Assembly: GCA_024653485.1 (NCBI GenBank)
Contig: JANLFY010000010.1
Location: 54,508-118,507, forward strand
Length of the DNA stretch: 64,000 bases
Direction: 5' to 3'
From: Bacillota bacterium
GTDB taxonomy: Bacteria; Bacillota; SHA-98; UBA4971
In this document: positions 27,464-37,654 of the stretch, piece after piece
Numbering within the stretch: the stretch's first letter is position 1
How the letters are laid out: each line of letters starts with the position of its first letter
Made by a program: the position numbers and the translations under genes
Notes under the pieces: model-generated
The model's input: the letters and a program-made list of their open reading frames with translations, nothing else
Told to the model about the DNA's origin: nothing
Databases searched by the model: none

Positions 27464-28714
27464 GTGGCAGGCGCTTGGGCTTCGGAAGGCGGCATCCCAA
27501 GGCTCGACGGCCCTCGGAGCCTTGCGGTCGAGGAGTTGGCGCAAGCAGTTGAGCTCTCAACCGAGGTCTTCGACCCGGGTGGCACAAGCATGAGGCTCCA
27601 GTTCCCGCTGCTGTTTGTGCCGGACAGCGTCGGGCAGCTGCGGGTGTTTTCCGAGGGTGGAAGGCTTGTCTCGCTCGTCGGGTGCCTACACCAGACGATC
27701 CTCGCGGAGGGTCATGACTTGCCGGTCGGGTCAATAGGGTCCGTATGCACGAGGCCCGAGTACCGGGGTCAGGGACTAGCGCGGAGGCTGGTCTCTGACG
27801 TGTTTGGGCGGCTTCGAGAGGCAGGGATCCCCGTGGCGTTGATATCCGGGGATCGAGGGCTTTACAAGCAGCTTGGATGCGTCGAGGCAGGGTGCTTCGA
27901 GCGGTTCGAGTTCACCGGCGACGACTGGGCCAGATTCCTGACGAATCGTGAGCGCAGAAGGACATCGCGGGATGGGGTATCGTGCCGTCCCTTTGAGGAA
28001 CGTGACTTGCCCGTCCTGCATGAGCTGTACCGCAGAGAGCCCGTGAGGTTTTTCCGCAGCCTAGAACAGTTCGACAAGCTTATCTGGAAACACCCTCGAT
28101 TGAAGCGGCTGCTCGGAGATGAGCGGATCGCTGTAGCATACAAAGAGCGTCCGGAGCGGGTGTCAGCCTACGTCATTTCGCGGGTGCGGGCTGTCCAAGC
28201 CGGCCTTACCAGGCTGCACATCGTCGAGTACGCTGGCGTCCGCGACGCGGTGATTGACACGATCGGCACTATCATTGGCGAGACCTCTCCTTCGGTCATC
28301 ACGTTTACTCTACCCGCGCACGACGGGCAGTTGCTCGATCTGCTGACCGCGGACGGGCTTTCCGGGACGCGATGCACGCTGCCCGGACACACGCTCTACA
28401 TAACCGACCCGGGGACCATCCTGGCAAAGCTGTCCTCATACATCCAAGAGCGAACTGGCATGGAGGTCGGCAAGGAAGTATTCATCGTGGAGGCCCCCGA
28501 TGTGTCCGAGGGGCAGGAAGCGCGGTGGACCCTCCACGTGGGCGACGAAGCAGTCGAGATACCGAGCCGCCAGCACCTCACCCGGCTGGTTTTCGGCGGG
28601 ATCACACCGGAAGACCTCGAGAGCATTGTCCCGCGCGGGGGAACGACGGCAAGGCGTTTGCTGGAGCGAGCCTTCCCCATACCGCTCCCGGTGCCCGGGT
28701 TGAACTACGTCTAG
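27464..28714 (+). CDS. GNAT-family N-acetyltransferase, Eis-like (two-lobed, ~400 aa)
   Basis: Acetyl-CoA binding pattern VCTRPEYRGQGLARRLV; overall length and second lobe consistent with Eis-type enzymes. Confidence 0.5.
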   Translation: MAGAWASEGGIPRLDGPRSLAVEELAQAVELSTEVFDPGGTSMRLQFPLLFVPDSVGQLRVFSEGGRLVSLVGCLHQTILAEGHDLPVGSIGSVCTRPEYRGQGLARRLVSDVFGRLREAGIPVALISGDRGLYKQLGCVEAGCFERFEFTGDDWARFLTNRERRRTSRDGVSCRPFEERDLPVLHELYRREPVRFFRSLEQFDKLIWKHPRLKRLLGDERIAVAYKERPERVSAYVISRVRAVQAGLTRLHIVEYAGVRDAVIDTIGTIIGETSPSVITFTLPAHDGQLLDLLTADGLSGTRCTLPGHTLYITDPGTILAKLSSYIQERTGMEVGKEVFIVEAPDVSEGQEARWTLHVGDEAVEIPSRQHLTRLVFGGITPEDLESIVPRGGTTARRLLERAFPIPLPVPGLNYV

Positions 28715-28763
28715 GTATGTCGCCAAGAGGTGGCGCCATCTTTCGGCGGAGGAGTCCTGCCCA

Positions 28764-28850
28764 GGGTTGCCGGTGCTTGCGCAACGGGGCATGGAGAATT
28801 CGGCTTTCCCACGCGCCGAATTCGAACGATGCGCGCCGCAAGCGCGCCAC
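28764..28850 (-). repeat. copy 1 (inverted orientation) of an ~85-bp intergenic repeat with internal GAATTCGGC…GCCGAATTC hairpin
   Basis: The reverse complement aligns at ~85% with 44858-44950 and 33478-33560; lies between the GNAT and kinase genes. Confidence 0.6.
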
Positions 28851-28908
28851 CTTCTTCTGTGGTCCCGCCTGGGCGGAGGTCGCGCTTGGCACCTGGGCGG
28901 AATGAGTC

Positions 28909-29952
28909 GTGGGCATGGGGGCTGCAGATATGCGCTTCTTCCTTGGACTGGATGGCGGGGGCACGAAAACCGCGTGCGCGCTGTGCGATGAGGATGGTCG
29001 CATCCTCGGCTTTTCCGTTGGGGGGCCGTCAAATCATCTTTCACTTGCGCGCGGCGAGGAGGCTCTCCGAGAGACCCTTATGGACGTGGTGGAAGACGCT
29101 TTTTCGCGGGCAGGGATCAGCCGCCCGAGGCTGAGTGCGGCGTGTCTCGCGTTGGCGGGAGTCGGGCTTGACGGGCGGAGCCCGGTCGCCGCGGGGGTGG
29201 CATGCGAGGTCGTGCCGGCGGCCGACATCGTGCTCGAAAACGACGCGGTTGCTGCGCTGGTCGGCGCCACCGCGAAAGACTGGGGAGTAGTCGTCATATC
29301 CGGGACAGGGAGCATTGCGGTGGGGATCGATCGGACGGGGCGAAGGGCAAGAGCGGGAGGCTGGGGCTACCTCATAGGGGACGAGGGCAGCGGCTATGAC
29401 ATCGGAAGGAGAGGGCTCACAGCGGTTGCGAGGGCACGCGACGGGCGGGGGAACTACACCATCCTCGTGGAGAAGGCGCTCGCCCACTATCGCCTGGACA
29501 CGCCCGACGGACTCAGAAGCGTGCTGTGTCGCTCTGAGACGAAGGCGAAGGACATAGCGTCTTTCGCGCCACTTGTGGTCGCGGCAGCATGTGAAGGTGA
29601 CGCTGAGTCGGTGGACATCCTCCAGACTGCTGGGAGGGAACTCGGCCTATCTGCCGTTGCCGTGGTGAAGGCGCTTGGATTGGAAGACGAGGAATTCGAC
29701 GTGGCGCCCTGCGGGAGCGTCTTCAAGGCAGGCCAACTCGTGGTCGGTCCCTTTAGGTCTGAGCTACTCCGGGCAGCTCCGTCGGCGAGGATAGTGAGCC
29801 CACGCTTTCCGGCGGTGATAGGGGCCTTGATGATCGCGCTTCGGAGGTACGGCCGCGTCGTGGACGATGCGGTGCTGTCGAACATGGCAAGGGGCTGCCT
29901 CGAATGCGGGCTCCCAGTGAGGGATGCAACGTGCAACGGGAAGGATCAATGA
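28909..29952 (+). CDS. BadF/BadG/BcrA/BcrD-type ATPase family sugar kinase (N-acetylglucosamine/MurNAc kinase-like)
   Basis: FLGLDGGGTKTACALCDEDGRILG N-terminal ASKHA motif; start could be ATG 28930. Confidence 0.7.
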   Translation: MGMGAADMRFFLGLDGGGTKTACALCDEDGRILGFSVGGPSNHLSLARGEEALRETLMDVVEDAFSRAGISRPRLSAACLALAGVGLDGRSPVAAGVACEVVPAADIVLENDAVAALVGATAKDWGVVVISGTGSIAVGIDRTGRRARAGGWGYLIGDEGSGYDIGRRGLTAVARARDGRGNYTILVEKALAHYRLDTPDGLRSVLCRSETKAKDIASFAPLVVAAACEGDAESVDILQTAGRELGLSAVAVVKALGLEDEEFDVAPCGSVFKAGQLVVGPFRSELLRAAPSARIVSPRFPAVIGALMIALRRYGRVVDDAVLSNMARGCLECGLPVRDATCNGKDQ

Positions 29953-31100
29953 CGGACGAAAGCAGGATCCTCGAGGAGATCCGGGCGTGCGAAAGCGAGA
30001 TCGTGGAAACGTATCGAACTCTCCATTCCATGCCCGAGGGGCCGTTCGAGGAGCACAGGACTTCCGCGTACATAGCCGACAGGCTTGTCGCTGCCGGCTT
30101 TCGGGTGGAGTCTGGCGTCGCGGAAACCGGTGTCGTGGCTACGCTGGGCCGACTCACGCAGCCCGTAGTCGCTCTGCGGGCTGACATGGATGCGCTGGAA
30201 CACGAAGTCGACGGCAAGAAGGTTTTCATCCACTCGTGTGGACACGACGCGCACTCGACGATGGTCCTGTGGGCGGGCGAAATCCTTGCCAGGTGCTATC
30301 CGCGAGCCCGGGAACACCTGAAACTCATATTCCAGCCCGCCGAGGAGACGGGACTCGGGGCCAGAAGGATGGCCGAGGCCGGCGCGGTGGACGACGTGGC
30401 GGTGTTGCTGGGGATACACCTGCGGCCCGCGGCGGAGTGCCCCTTGGGCAAGGCGACCCCGTGCCTGCAGCACTCGGCAAGCCTTACCGTTCGATACAAG
30501 GTGACGGGCAAGGCCGCTCACAGCGGGAGGCCGCATTTCGGCGTGAACGCGGCAGATGCTGTCGCGGCGTCGGTCCTCGCGGTCAACAGCATCAAGCCAG
30601 ACCCGTTGTTGTGTGCCACCGTAAACGTCGTGAGTCTCGAGGCAGGACTCGGCCCGGCGGGGATAATCCCGGAGTCCGGGACGATGGTCGTAAACATAAG
30701 GGCTGAGAATGACGGTGTAGCGTTCGAGCTGCTAAAAAGGGTGGACAGCGCTGTGTTGCACGCGGCTTCGGCTAACGGAGCCGTGGCGAAGAAGGTGTCA
30801 GTCAAGCATACCCCTGGGGCTGCCTACGACCCGGGAACCGTGGCAGCGGTGAAGAGAGCGATCTCCAAAGTCTTGGGCGAGCCCGGGGCGATCGATCGAA
30901 TAACCACGCCCGGAGCTGAGGACTTCCATTCATACAGGCAGTACAAGCCTCAACTCAAGACGGCCTACGTCGGCCTCGGGGCCGATCTCACCCCTGGTCT
31001 TCACGATCCCCGGTGTGACTTCAACCTGAAGGCTCTTGCACTCGGGGTCGCCGTGCTGGGACTATCAGTCATAGAGCTTGCGTGCGGGCCAGGAGCCTGA
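29949..31100 (+). CDS. M20-family metallo-amidohydrolase (M20D, N-acyl amino acid / peptidoglycan-fragment deacylase-like)
   Basis: HSCGHDAHSTM metal-binding motif; ALRADMDAL; ~385 aa; the ATG overlaps the upstream stop codon. Confidence 0.7.
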   Translation: MTDESRILEEIRACESEIVETYRTLHSMPEGPFEEHRTSAYIADRLVAAGFRVESGVAETGVVATLGRLTQPVVALRADMDALEHEVDGKKVFIHSCGHDAHSTMVLWAGEILARCYPRAREHLKLIFQPAEETGLGARRMAEAGAVDDVAVLLGIHLRPAAECPLGKATPCLQHSASLTVRYKVTGKAAHSGRPHFGVNAADAVAASVLAVNSIKPDPLLCATVNVVSLEAGLGPAGIIPESGTMVVNIRAENDGVAFELLKRVDSAVLHAASANGAVAKKVSVKHTPGAAYDPGTVAAVKRAISKVLGEPGAIDRITTPGAEDFHSYRQYKPQLKTAYVGLGADLTPGLHDPRCDFNLKALALGVAVLGLSVIELACGPGA

Positions 31101-31472
31101 GCCGGGAGCATGATCCGCCCGAGTCTTGCGAGCAGCGTTCCGCGAAGACGAAAGAGGATGCCGGCGAACAAGCAGACCGTCGTGCCCTTTGGGACTCGGG
31201 AGGAGCTTTGCAACCTAATTGAGGAAGAAGTTTGTAAGCTAGGGTCTCCAGGAGGGGCTGGAGTTCATGGTGGGAATCTATCCTCCAACGCCCCCCGAGG
31301 ATATTGACGCGCTGCTGTGCGCCTTCGAAGAATTCCACACGTATTGGTGGGATGGACGGGCCAAGAGATCGGTGCCCTGAAGCTTTGGCCATTTCGAGCC
31401 TACCTAGCTTCAGGGTACCGCGTGTTGCGTAGGTGCAACGGTCCGAGAACCACCTGTCTGCTCTGCGGGGCA

Positions 31473-32486
31473 TTACATGCCCACTACATCACCAGTCTCC
31501 AGGGAACGGATGGCCGCAAGCACGATCTCTAGTGAGAGCCTTGCATCCGCCGGGGTTGTTGTCTCCGGTCGTCTGCCATCCTCGACGCACCGGACGAAGT
31601 ACGCGAGCTCCGCTTCATATGCGTCTTGCCGCGCCGTGTCCGGACGGAGCACCGTGCCGTCCTTGCGGTACACCGTAAGCGTCTTTCCGGCCCCCTCGCG
31701 GGCTTCGATGTTCACGCCCGCCCTCGATATGAACTCTGCCGTCCCGTTCTCGCAAACAGCCCGGAACATCATTGTGAACGGGAAGCCCGACGGGACGAGG
31801 AAGGTTGCCTCTGCGAACGCCGCGACGCCATCTCCGTAGTCCAGTGTGGTGAACACGTGGTTCCAGCCCCCATTGGCTGAGCGTTTTCCTCGGGCCACGA
31901 CCGCTTTGGGACGCCCAAGGAGCCACGCGATGTAGTCGATATCGTGGATGTGGAGGTCCGGGACCGCCCCTCCGCCACGCCCGGGGTCCAGAAGCCATCC
32001 GTCCCACGAATACATCGGCTGTGTTCCAAGGCGCGCAGCCGAGAGTGCGACGGGTCGTCCCAGCTCACCCCGACGTATGAGATCCCATATCGTGACGTAC
32101 TCTGGCCAGAACCGGAGCGTGTGGCCCACCATGAACGCGACGTCCGCACGCTCGGCGGCCTCTATCATGGCGTCGGCCTCCTCGAGGTTCATAGCCATTG
32201 GTTTCTCGCAGAGCACGTGCTTTCCGGCTCGAGCCGCGGCGATCACGTGACGAGCGTGGAGGTAAGTGGGAAGACACACATCCACCATATCGATGTCTTG
32301 CCTATGCAGGACATCATCCGCGGTCGCGACCACCTCAGCGCCGAGCCCGTCTGCCACTTCCCTCGCGCGGCCGCTGTCGTGATCCGCCACCGCTACGACT
32401 TTCGCGTTGGGTATGTGTGCGAATGCTTTGGCATGGACCTTGCCGATGAAACCGCATCCCAGGATCCCAATCCGTACCAAGTTCAA
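31473..32486 (-). CDS. Gfo/Idh/MocA-family NAD(P)-dependent oxidoreductase
   Basis: Rossmann motif GILGCGFIGKVHAKAF; EKPMA motif; C-terminal alpha/beta domain. Confidence 0.8.
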   Translation of the reverse strand: MNLVRIGILGCGFIGKVHAKAFAHIPNAKVVAVADHDSGRAREVADGLGAEVVATADDVLHRQDIDMVDVCLPTYLHARHVIAAARAGKHVLCEKPMAMNLEEADAMIEAAERADVAFMVGHTLRFWPEYVTIWDLIRRGELGRPVALSAARLGTQPMYSWDGWLLDPGRGGGAVPDLHIHDIDYIAWLLGRPKAVVARGKRSANGGWNHVFTTLDYGDGVAAFAEATFLVPSGFPFTMMFRAVCENGTAEFISRAGVNIEAREGAGKTLTVYRKDGTVLRPDTARQDAYEAELAYFVRCVEDGRRPETTTPADARLSLEIVLAAIRSLETGDVVGM

Positions 32487-32556
32487 CCCTCCCTTGTATG
32501 CTTAGCATGTGGACCCAAAAGGGCTCCAGGTAGACCGCCACGAATCTCCGATACTT

Positions 32557-33432
32557 TCACTTTTCAGCGCGAGTCCGGTGCGAGGTCGCCGGGCCTTTGG
32601 CCATGATCCTGTCCAGGCTCGACGAGATGTCGTAGATCATCTTCTCGGCATAATAGCGGTACGGCGGCATGATCTCGGCAATGAGATAACCGTCGTACCC
32701 GACGTCCCTGAGCGCCGAGATGACTCCAGGCCAGTTGACATCGCCGCGGAGGAGGTCGGTGAACCCTTGGATGTTGCCGATCTCAAGCTTGAAGTCCTTC
32801 ACGTGGACCTTGCGTATCCTTGGGCCGAGGATCCTGATCCAATGCTCCGGGTAGCCCGAAACGAGCACGTTCCCCACGTCCATGTAAGAGCCCACCCTTG
32901 GGTGGTTGACCTCGTCGATGAAGGCTCGCATTTCCAAGGGCGAGAGGAGGAACTTGTTCCAAACGTTCTCAACTGCAATAGTCACTCCCGCTCTCTCCGC
33001 GTGTTCCACCAGGCACAGCAGCGACTCCTTTGCTCGCAGGTACGCGGTCTCGTAATCAACGGTCTCTGAACCTGGATCCCACGGCACGTTCACCGCGCCC
33101 GGGACGTACAAGATCGTGTCCGCCCCGAGCAGCGAAGCGAATTCGAGTTGCTTTCTTGCTATCTCTTGCGCCTTCGAGCGGACGGACGGATCCGAAGCCG
33201 TGGGTGAGTACTTCCAATAAAGCCCGGTGGCAAGCGACGGTATCTCGAGCCCGGCCTGCTTCGCTGCCTGTGCGATTCTGGAGACGTCTTGGATTGATGA
33301 GTCGAGAGAGAGCTCGCCCGTTTCTGAAAGACACAGTTCGATGCCATCGAAACCCGCGGCGGACGCCAGTCTCACGCACTCCTTGACCGTGTACGAAGAC
33401 GGAAAAGACCACTGGTTTATGCCTTTTTTCAC
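32557..33432 (-). CDS. sugar phosphate isomerase/epimerase (xylose-isomerase-like TIM barrel)
   Basis: Start set at GTG 33432 (VKKGINQWSFP…) with AGGAGGG Shine-Dalgarno sequence 7 nt upstream. The longer track ORF (to 33543) reads through the intergenic repeat. Confidence 0.7.
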   Translation of the reverse strand: MKKGINQWSFPSSYTVKECVRLASAAGFDGIELCLSETGELSLDSSIQDVSRIAQAAKQAGLEIPSLATGLYWKYSPTASDPSVRSKAQEIARKQLEFASLLGADTILYVPGAVNVPWDPGSETVDYETAYLRAKESLLCLVEHAERAGVTIAVENVWNKFLLSPLEMRAFIDEVNHPRVGSYMDVGNVLVSGYPEHWIRILGPRIRKVHVKDFKLEIGNIQGFTDLLRGDVNWPGVISALRDVGYDGYLIAEIMPPYRYYAEKMIYDISSSLDRIMAKGPATSHRTRAEK

Positions 33433-33477
33433 CTTAAACCCTCCTAACTTTCGGAGAATCAAGCAGAATGTGCCCCG

Positions 33478-33560
33478 GTTTTGCTCGGATTCGGCGCGCG
33501 AGACAGCCGGATCCTCCGCGCCCCGTCGTGCAAGCACCGGCAACCCTAGCGCCGTCAGGA
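33478..33560 (+). repeat. copy 2 of the ~85-bp intergenic repeat
   Basis: …GGATTCGGCGCG-N8-GCCGGATCCTCCGCGCCCCGTCGTGCAAGCACCGGCAACCCTAGCGCCGTCAGGA, near-identical core to copy 3. Confidence 0.6.
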
Positions 33561-33712
33561 CCGGATTTCACCAACGCGCCCCGGTCGGGTCGCCATCCCC
33601 GAGTCCCCATCCCCGGGTGGAGCACTAGGAGCCCGCGGCCTCGGAAAACGAGAGAACGCTGACGACCTCGTGCTCAGCCGCCCCAATTGTGCCGCGCCGT
33701 CGCGGGGCGCGG

Positions 33713-34918
33713 TCACAGGGTGCGAAGCAGCTCGCGCCAGACCAAGGCTGCTGCTCCTATCAGTCCTGCGTCCTGCCCGAAGCTAGCCATGGTTATCGTC
33801 ACACTGTTGGCGGGTTCCGAGAGGGCACGACGCTTTGCCGTCTCGATGGCCGCATCAACGAATTCCTTATCTTCCTGCGTGATCTGGCCGCCGATGATTA
33901 TGCGCTCGGGATTGAACAAGTTGATGAGGTTGGCTATGCCGACGCCGAGGTATGTCCCTGCTTCCCTCACTGTCTCGCGCGCTCGCGGGTCACCTGCGCG
34001 CGCGGCGTCATGCGTAGCCTCGTCCTCACCGGGGGAAACCCGGGAGGAGACCTTGCTGGCTATCGCCTCGAGGCTTGCGAGACCCTCCAGGCAGCCCTGA
34101 TTCCCGCACGTGCAGGGAGTGCCGTTGCACTCTATGCTCGTGTGGCCGAGCTCGCCAGCCATACCGGTGGCACCCGTGTAGACTCGCCCGTCGACGAGGA
34201 GCCCCACGGCGATTCCTGTGCCCACCCACACATAGATCAGGTTGTTGGCGTCTCTTGCGGTGCCGTACCATTGCTCGCCGAGGAGTGCCGAAGTCGTGTC
34301 CTTACCCACGAACACCGGGACTTCGAAGTGTCGCTGAAGGAGCGATTTGAGCGGGACCTGGTACCATCCGAGCCTCACGGATTTGACGATAGTCCCGGCC
34401 GCGTGATCGATGAGCCCCGGTGCGGTCACGCCTATCCCGACTATCGAAGCCCCGCCGACTTCGGGGCAGCCCATCATCTCCCGGATGGCGTCCACCATTC
34501 GCGTTATCATCAGGTCAACATCAGTCGCGATCTCCCTCTTGGACCGCCGCAGTACCTCGCCCTTCACGTTAGTCAAGGCGACCATGAGGTCCGTAGCGGC
34601 AAGGTCGACTGCGATCGCAAGACGCGAGGTCCGTTCGAGCTGCAATAGTCCTGGCTTTCGACCGCCCGTCGACCGGCCGGACCCCACCTCCTCTACGAGG
34701 TGGTCCCTCTGGAGTTTGCCCACGATGTTTGCTATGGTCGCCGTTGTGAGGCCGGTGAGCCTTGCTAGTTCAGGGCGGGAGATGGGCTCATGAACGCGAA
34801 CGGCGCCCAGCACGAGACACCGGTTGCGCCTGCCGATCTCGATCGCGTTGCGTCCGTGTGTCGATGCAGAATCCATACCCACCACTTTTCTAAGTACTAT
34901 GTTAAAGCGATTGATCAA
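33713..34918 (-). CDS. ROK-family transcriptional repressor (NagC/XylR-like)
   Basis: N-terminal HTH ISRPELARLTGLTTATIANIV; ROK zinc motif GHTSIECNGTPCTCGNQGCLE. Confidence 0.75.
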   Translation of the reverse strand: MINRFNIVLRKVVGMDSASTHGRNAIEIGRRNRCLVLGAVRVHEPISRPELARLTGLTTATIANIVGKLQRDHLVEEVGSGRSTGGRKPGLLQLERTSRLAIAVDLAATDLMVALTNVKGEVLRRSKREIATDVDLMITRMVDAIREMMGCPEVGGASIVGIGVTAPGLIDHAAGTIVKSVRLGWYQVPLKSLLQRHFEVPVFVGKDTTSALLGEQWYGTARDANNLIYVWVGTGIAVGLLVDGRVYTGATGMAGELGHTSIECNGTPCTCGNQGCLEGLASLEAIASKVSSRVSPGEDEATHDAARAGDPRARETVREAGTYLGVGIANLINLFNPERIIIGGQITQEDKEFVDAAIETAKRRALSEPANSVTITMASFGQDAGLIGAAALVWRELLRTL

Positions 34919-35033
34919 GTCATCAGTTTGACGTTGACGGAGGAATTCCTTCTGTCCTCACGCCGAAAAAAGTACGTTCTCTTGCCATTCAGACGAGTAG
35001 GCTCATGCGGCCGTCGCGGCCGCCGCGTGCGAC

Positions 35034-35459
35034 GTGGACGCGAGTGACGTACCCATGAAGACGTCGGGACTTCGGGTCGTATGTCTGGCGTGCGCGGCGT
35101 TTCTGGCCATCATCCTTGGTTCGGTCGCGGGAGCGGCTGAGAAGGCCGAGCTCACGTTTTGGAGCTGGCGGACCGAGGACATCGATGCTTACGCGAAGTC
35201 CATCAGGGCGTTCCAGACGAGCAATCCTGACATCAGCATGAAGTTCATGTCCTTCAAGAACACGGAGTACAACACGATACTCGCCACCGCACTCCAAGGT
35301 GGCACGGGCCCGGACATCATCCAGCTCAGGTCATACGGCGGCATGGAAGCCCTCGCAAACGCGGGGTATCTCGTTCCGCTTGGCACCGCGAGCGTCCCGG
35401 GGGGCTCGCGAAGTTTCCGGAGGACCTTCTCAAGCCCAACTTCGACACCTGCGGAGTAA
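35034..35459 (+). pseudogene. 5' fragment (first ~140 aa) of a family-1 sugar ABC solute-binding protein, truncated at the IS insertion
   Basis: Signal peptide plus AEKAELTFWSWRT…NPDISMKF… parallels the N-terminus of the 20881 binding protein. The ORF ends in out-of-frame sequence where the IS element begins. Confidence 0.55.
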
Positions 35460-35477
35460 CGTCGCAGTTAGACGGCA

Positions 35478-37090
35478 TATAGGTCGTTCATTTCGCCACT
35501 ATGGATTCAAAGGCTCTGATTCGCTCGGGTATCGGTACCCCCAACACGTTCAGGATGGCCCGCTGCCGGTCAGTAGGAGTGGTGGTTGTAATCCACCGCC
35601 CCCGACCGATGGCGGTCTCGCAAGCGCGAATCTGGCTAAGTTCCTCTAGGGCTGTCTGTGCGGTGATGCCCAAGTTCGCCTTCTCGAGCGCTACATCGAT
35701 AACACCCTCAAGGAGGTACGCCAAGACGCACAGGCTCAAGTGCGCCCGCACACGCTCATCCTTCCAGTGGTAGATCGGCCTTGCCTCCAGGGGGTTCTTG
35801 ATGGTACGGAACGCATCCTCTACCTTCCATAGTCCCTTGTAAGACAGCGCCAGCTCCGCGGGTGAAAGTGCGGTGTTCGTCGTAAGCACCCACTTGCCGT
35901 CGTAGCGGGCGTCTTCACGAATGCGCGACTCGTTAAGCTCCACCTTGGCCCCATGGATGGTAAGATAACGCCGAGCTACGCTGTTCTTAAGAAGCGGGCC
36001 CACTCCCTTTGAAATCTCGGCCTTGAGGTATGTCACCATCGCCTCGCGCTCTTCTCTATCGCGAAGCTCCTCCTCGGGGTTGTAGCACACCACATACCGC
36101 TCGTCCTCCGGCATCCGTACCTCCTTGACGTGAAGGTTACGATCCACCACATGACAACGGCCGGCCGGCCCGTGATAGGACATCTCTTGTGGTAAGATGG
36201 CGCATCCGTGTCCCCGCGATATACCCGATGCCAGCGCTGCGTAACGCCGCAAGATTCGCCTCGCTCACCATCCTCCGGTCCACTACCACGGTGATCTCAC
36301 CGACCGGAAGCCTCGAGCGAAGCTCATCCATGGCTTGCCTGAAGGCATAGACATCACTCGTGTTACCGGGGAGGATCATGTGAAACAGGGGATACCCCTC
36401 AGGCGTCACGAACAGCCCCAGGACCACCTGGGGACGGTCAGACCGCTTGTCTCGCGAGTGCCCAAACCGCGCAAGACCCAAAGGCCCGTCACCTTCGAAG
36501 TACACGCTCGTCGTGTCAAAGAGCACAAGCCGGAGGTCACTTACAAGGCGTGCGGTCACCCGCTCAAGAAGCCCAACCTGCACATCCTCCAGCACCTCAT
36601 ACACAAAGTCCAAGGTGCGATAGAGTTGATGAAGCTCCAGGCCTTCAAGGTCCGGGGCATAAACCCTGTCGAGCCACCGGATGGTGGCCCTCTCAGAACA
36701 CGGATCCATTACCCTGCTGAAGACAATCGCACGAACACCGGCCTCCACATCGAATCCCAGGCGACGTCGGGCGGCAAGACCGCGGAACAGTCCGTCAAAG
36801 CCGAGGTGAGACCAGAGGTGCGAAAGCACGTAAACCGTCCCATACTCTCTCGCCTTAAGGATCTCCAGATCCTCGGCACTCGCCACCTTTGCCCGGCCGT
36901 AAGGGGCCAGCGATGCTATGAGCCGGTCTACCTGCCCAGGGTCGAGGAGATCCTCCCGGCCGAGGTTTGCCACTACTCGATGCCTGGGGCGGCCATCGCG
37001 CCAGACGCTCTCCACGAGCTGAATATAGATGCAGGTTTTGCCTCCAGACTTAGCCACTAGGCTTTCTCTGCATATATGGCCTTACACTGG
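35478..37090 (-). mobile_element. IS1634-family (IS4 superfamily) insertion sequence with frameshifted DDE transposase
   Basis: The transposase is split into 36137-37057 (N-terminal 306 aa) and 35488-36252 (C-terminal 254 aa), overlapping by ~115 bp in different frames; together ~540 aa, typical for IS1634. Weak terminal inverted-repeat similarity (GGCATATAGG… / …CCATATATGC). Confidence 0.6.
35488..37057 (-). pseudogene. IS1634-family transposase, interrupted by a frameshift near 36140-36250
   Basis: The two overlapping ORFs carry contiguous N- and C-terminal transposase homology. Confidence 0.6.
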
Positions 37091-37130
37091 GCAAACGCCA
37101 CCGGACACATGCAAAGTGTCGAAGTTCGGT

Positions 37131-37225
37131 CTGGCAGGCTGGTGGCAACCCTGAAACCAGCGCGCTTGTGCGCCAGCTCATCGACGAGTTCGAAGCTGCG
37201 AACCCGGATATACAGGTGAATTTCA
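37131..37225 (+). repeat. 95-bp near-identical duplicate (2 mismatches) of an internal segment of the binding-protein gene (20996-21090), adjacent to the IS right end
   Basis: tctggcaggctggtggcaaccctgaaaccagcgcgcttgtgcgccagctcatcgacgagttcgaagctgcgaacccggatatacaggtgaatttc compared with 20997-21090. Confidence 0.75.
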
Positions 37226-37654
37226 TGATTGGCGACAACAACCGGCCGCGCCGCACTCTCGCCACAGTCTCAACCAGGCGCAGAGGCCCAATCACAAGTC
37301 TTGCGGATGCGTTGACGAAATGTTGGCAGTGATGTGGCAGGATTAAGTGAATCGGTGGCGAACACAAAATGTTAGAGCTAGATGAACGTGGCACGGAGAT
37401 AGGGAGAGGGCCACTCATGGAGCATTTGCGCTTCATTTGTGCGCCCTCGTTCTCTGTCATGCCCGGTTTGGATGGAGGTGATGTCTTGGCGATACTAGGC
37501 CGGCTGCAGCCTGCGGCCGACAGGTCAGCCGGCCACATTGTGCAAGCTAGACGGATTCTGCTTGAAGGGGAACGCCACGATCGTCGCGGTTGTATCATGG
37601 CAGTTGGCCATCATCGAGCGGTAGAAGCGATATTCTGTGCAAGGAGGTAGTCTG

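Noticed and set aside
32557-33543. Extended N-terminus (MPVLARRGAEDPAVSRAES…) of the sugar-phosphate isomerase as given in the ORF track
   Set aside because: That segment is the translated 85-bp intergenic repeat. A GTG with AGGAGGG ribosome-binding site at 33432 gives the canonical VKKGINQWSFP start.
37050-37598. 182-aa minus-strand ORF and 20793-21293 minus-strand ORF sharing the peptide FTCxSGFAASNSSMSWRTSALVSGLPPACQ
   Set aside because: Shared peptide is the antisense translation of the duplicated 95-bp binding-protein gene fragment, not a real paralogous protein.
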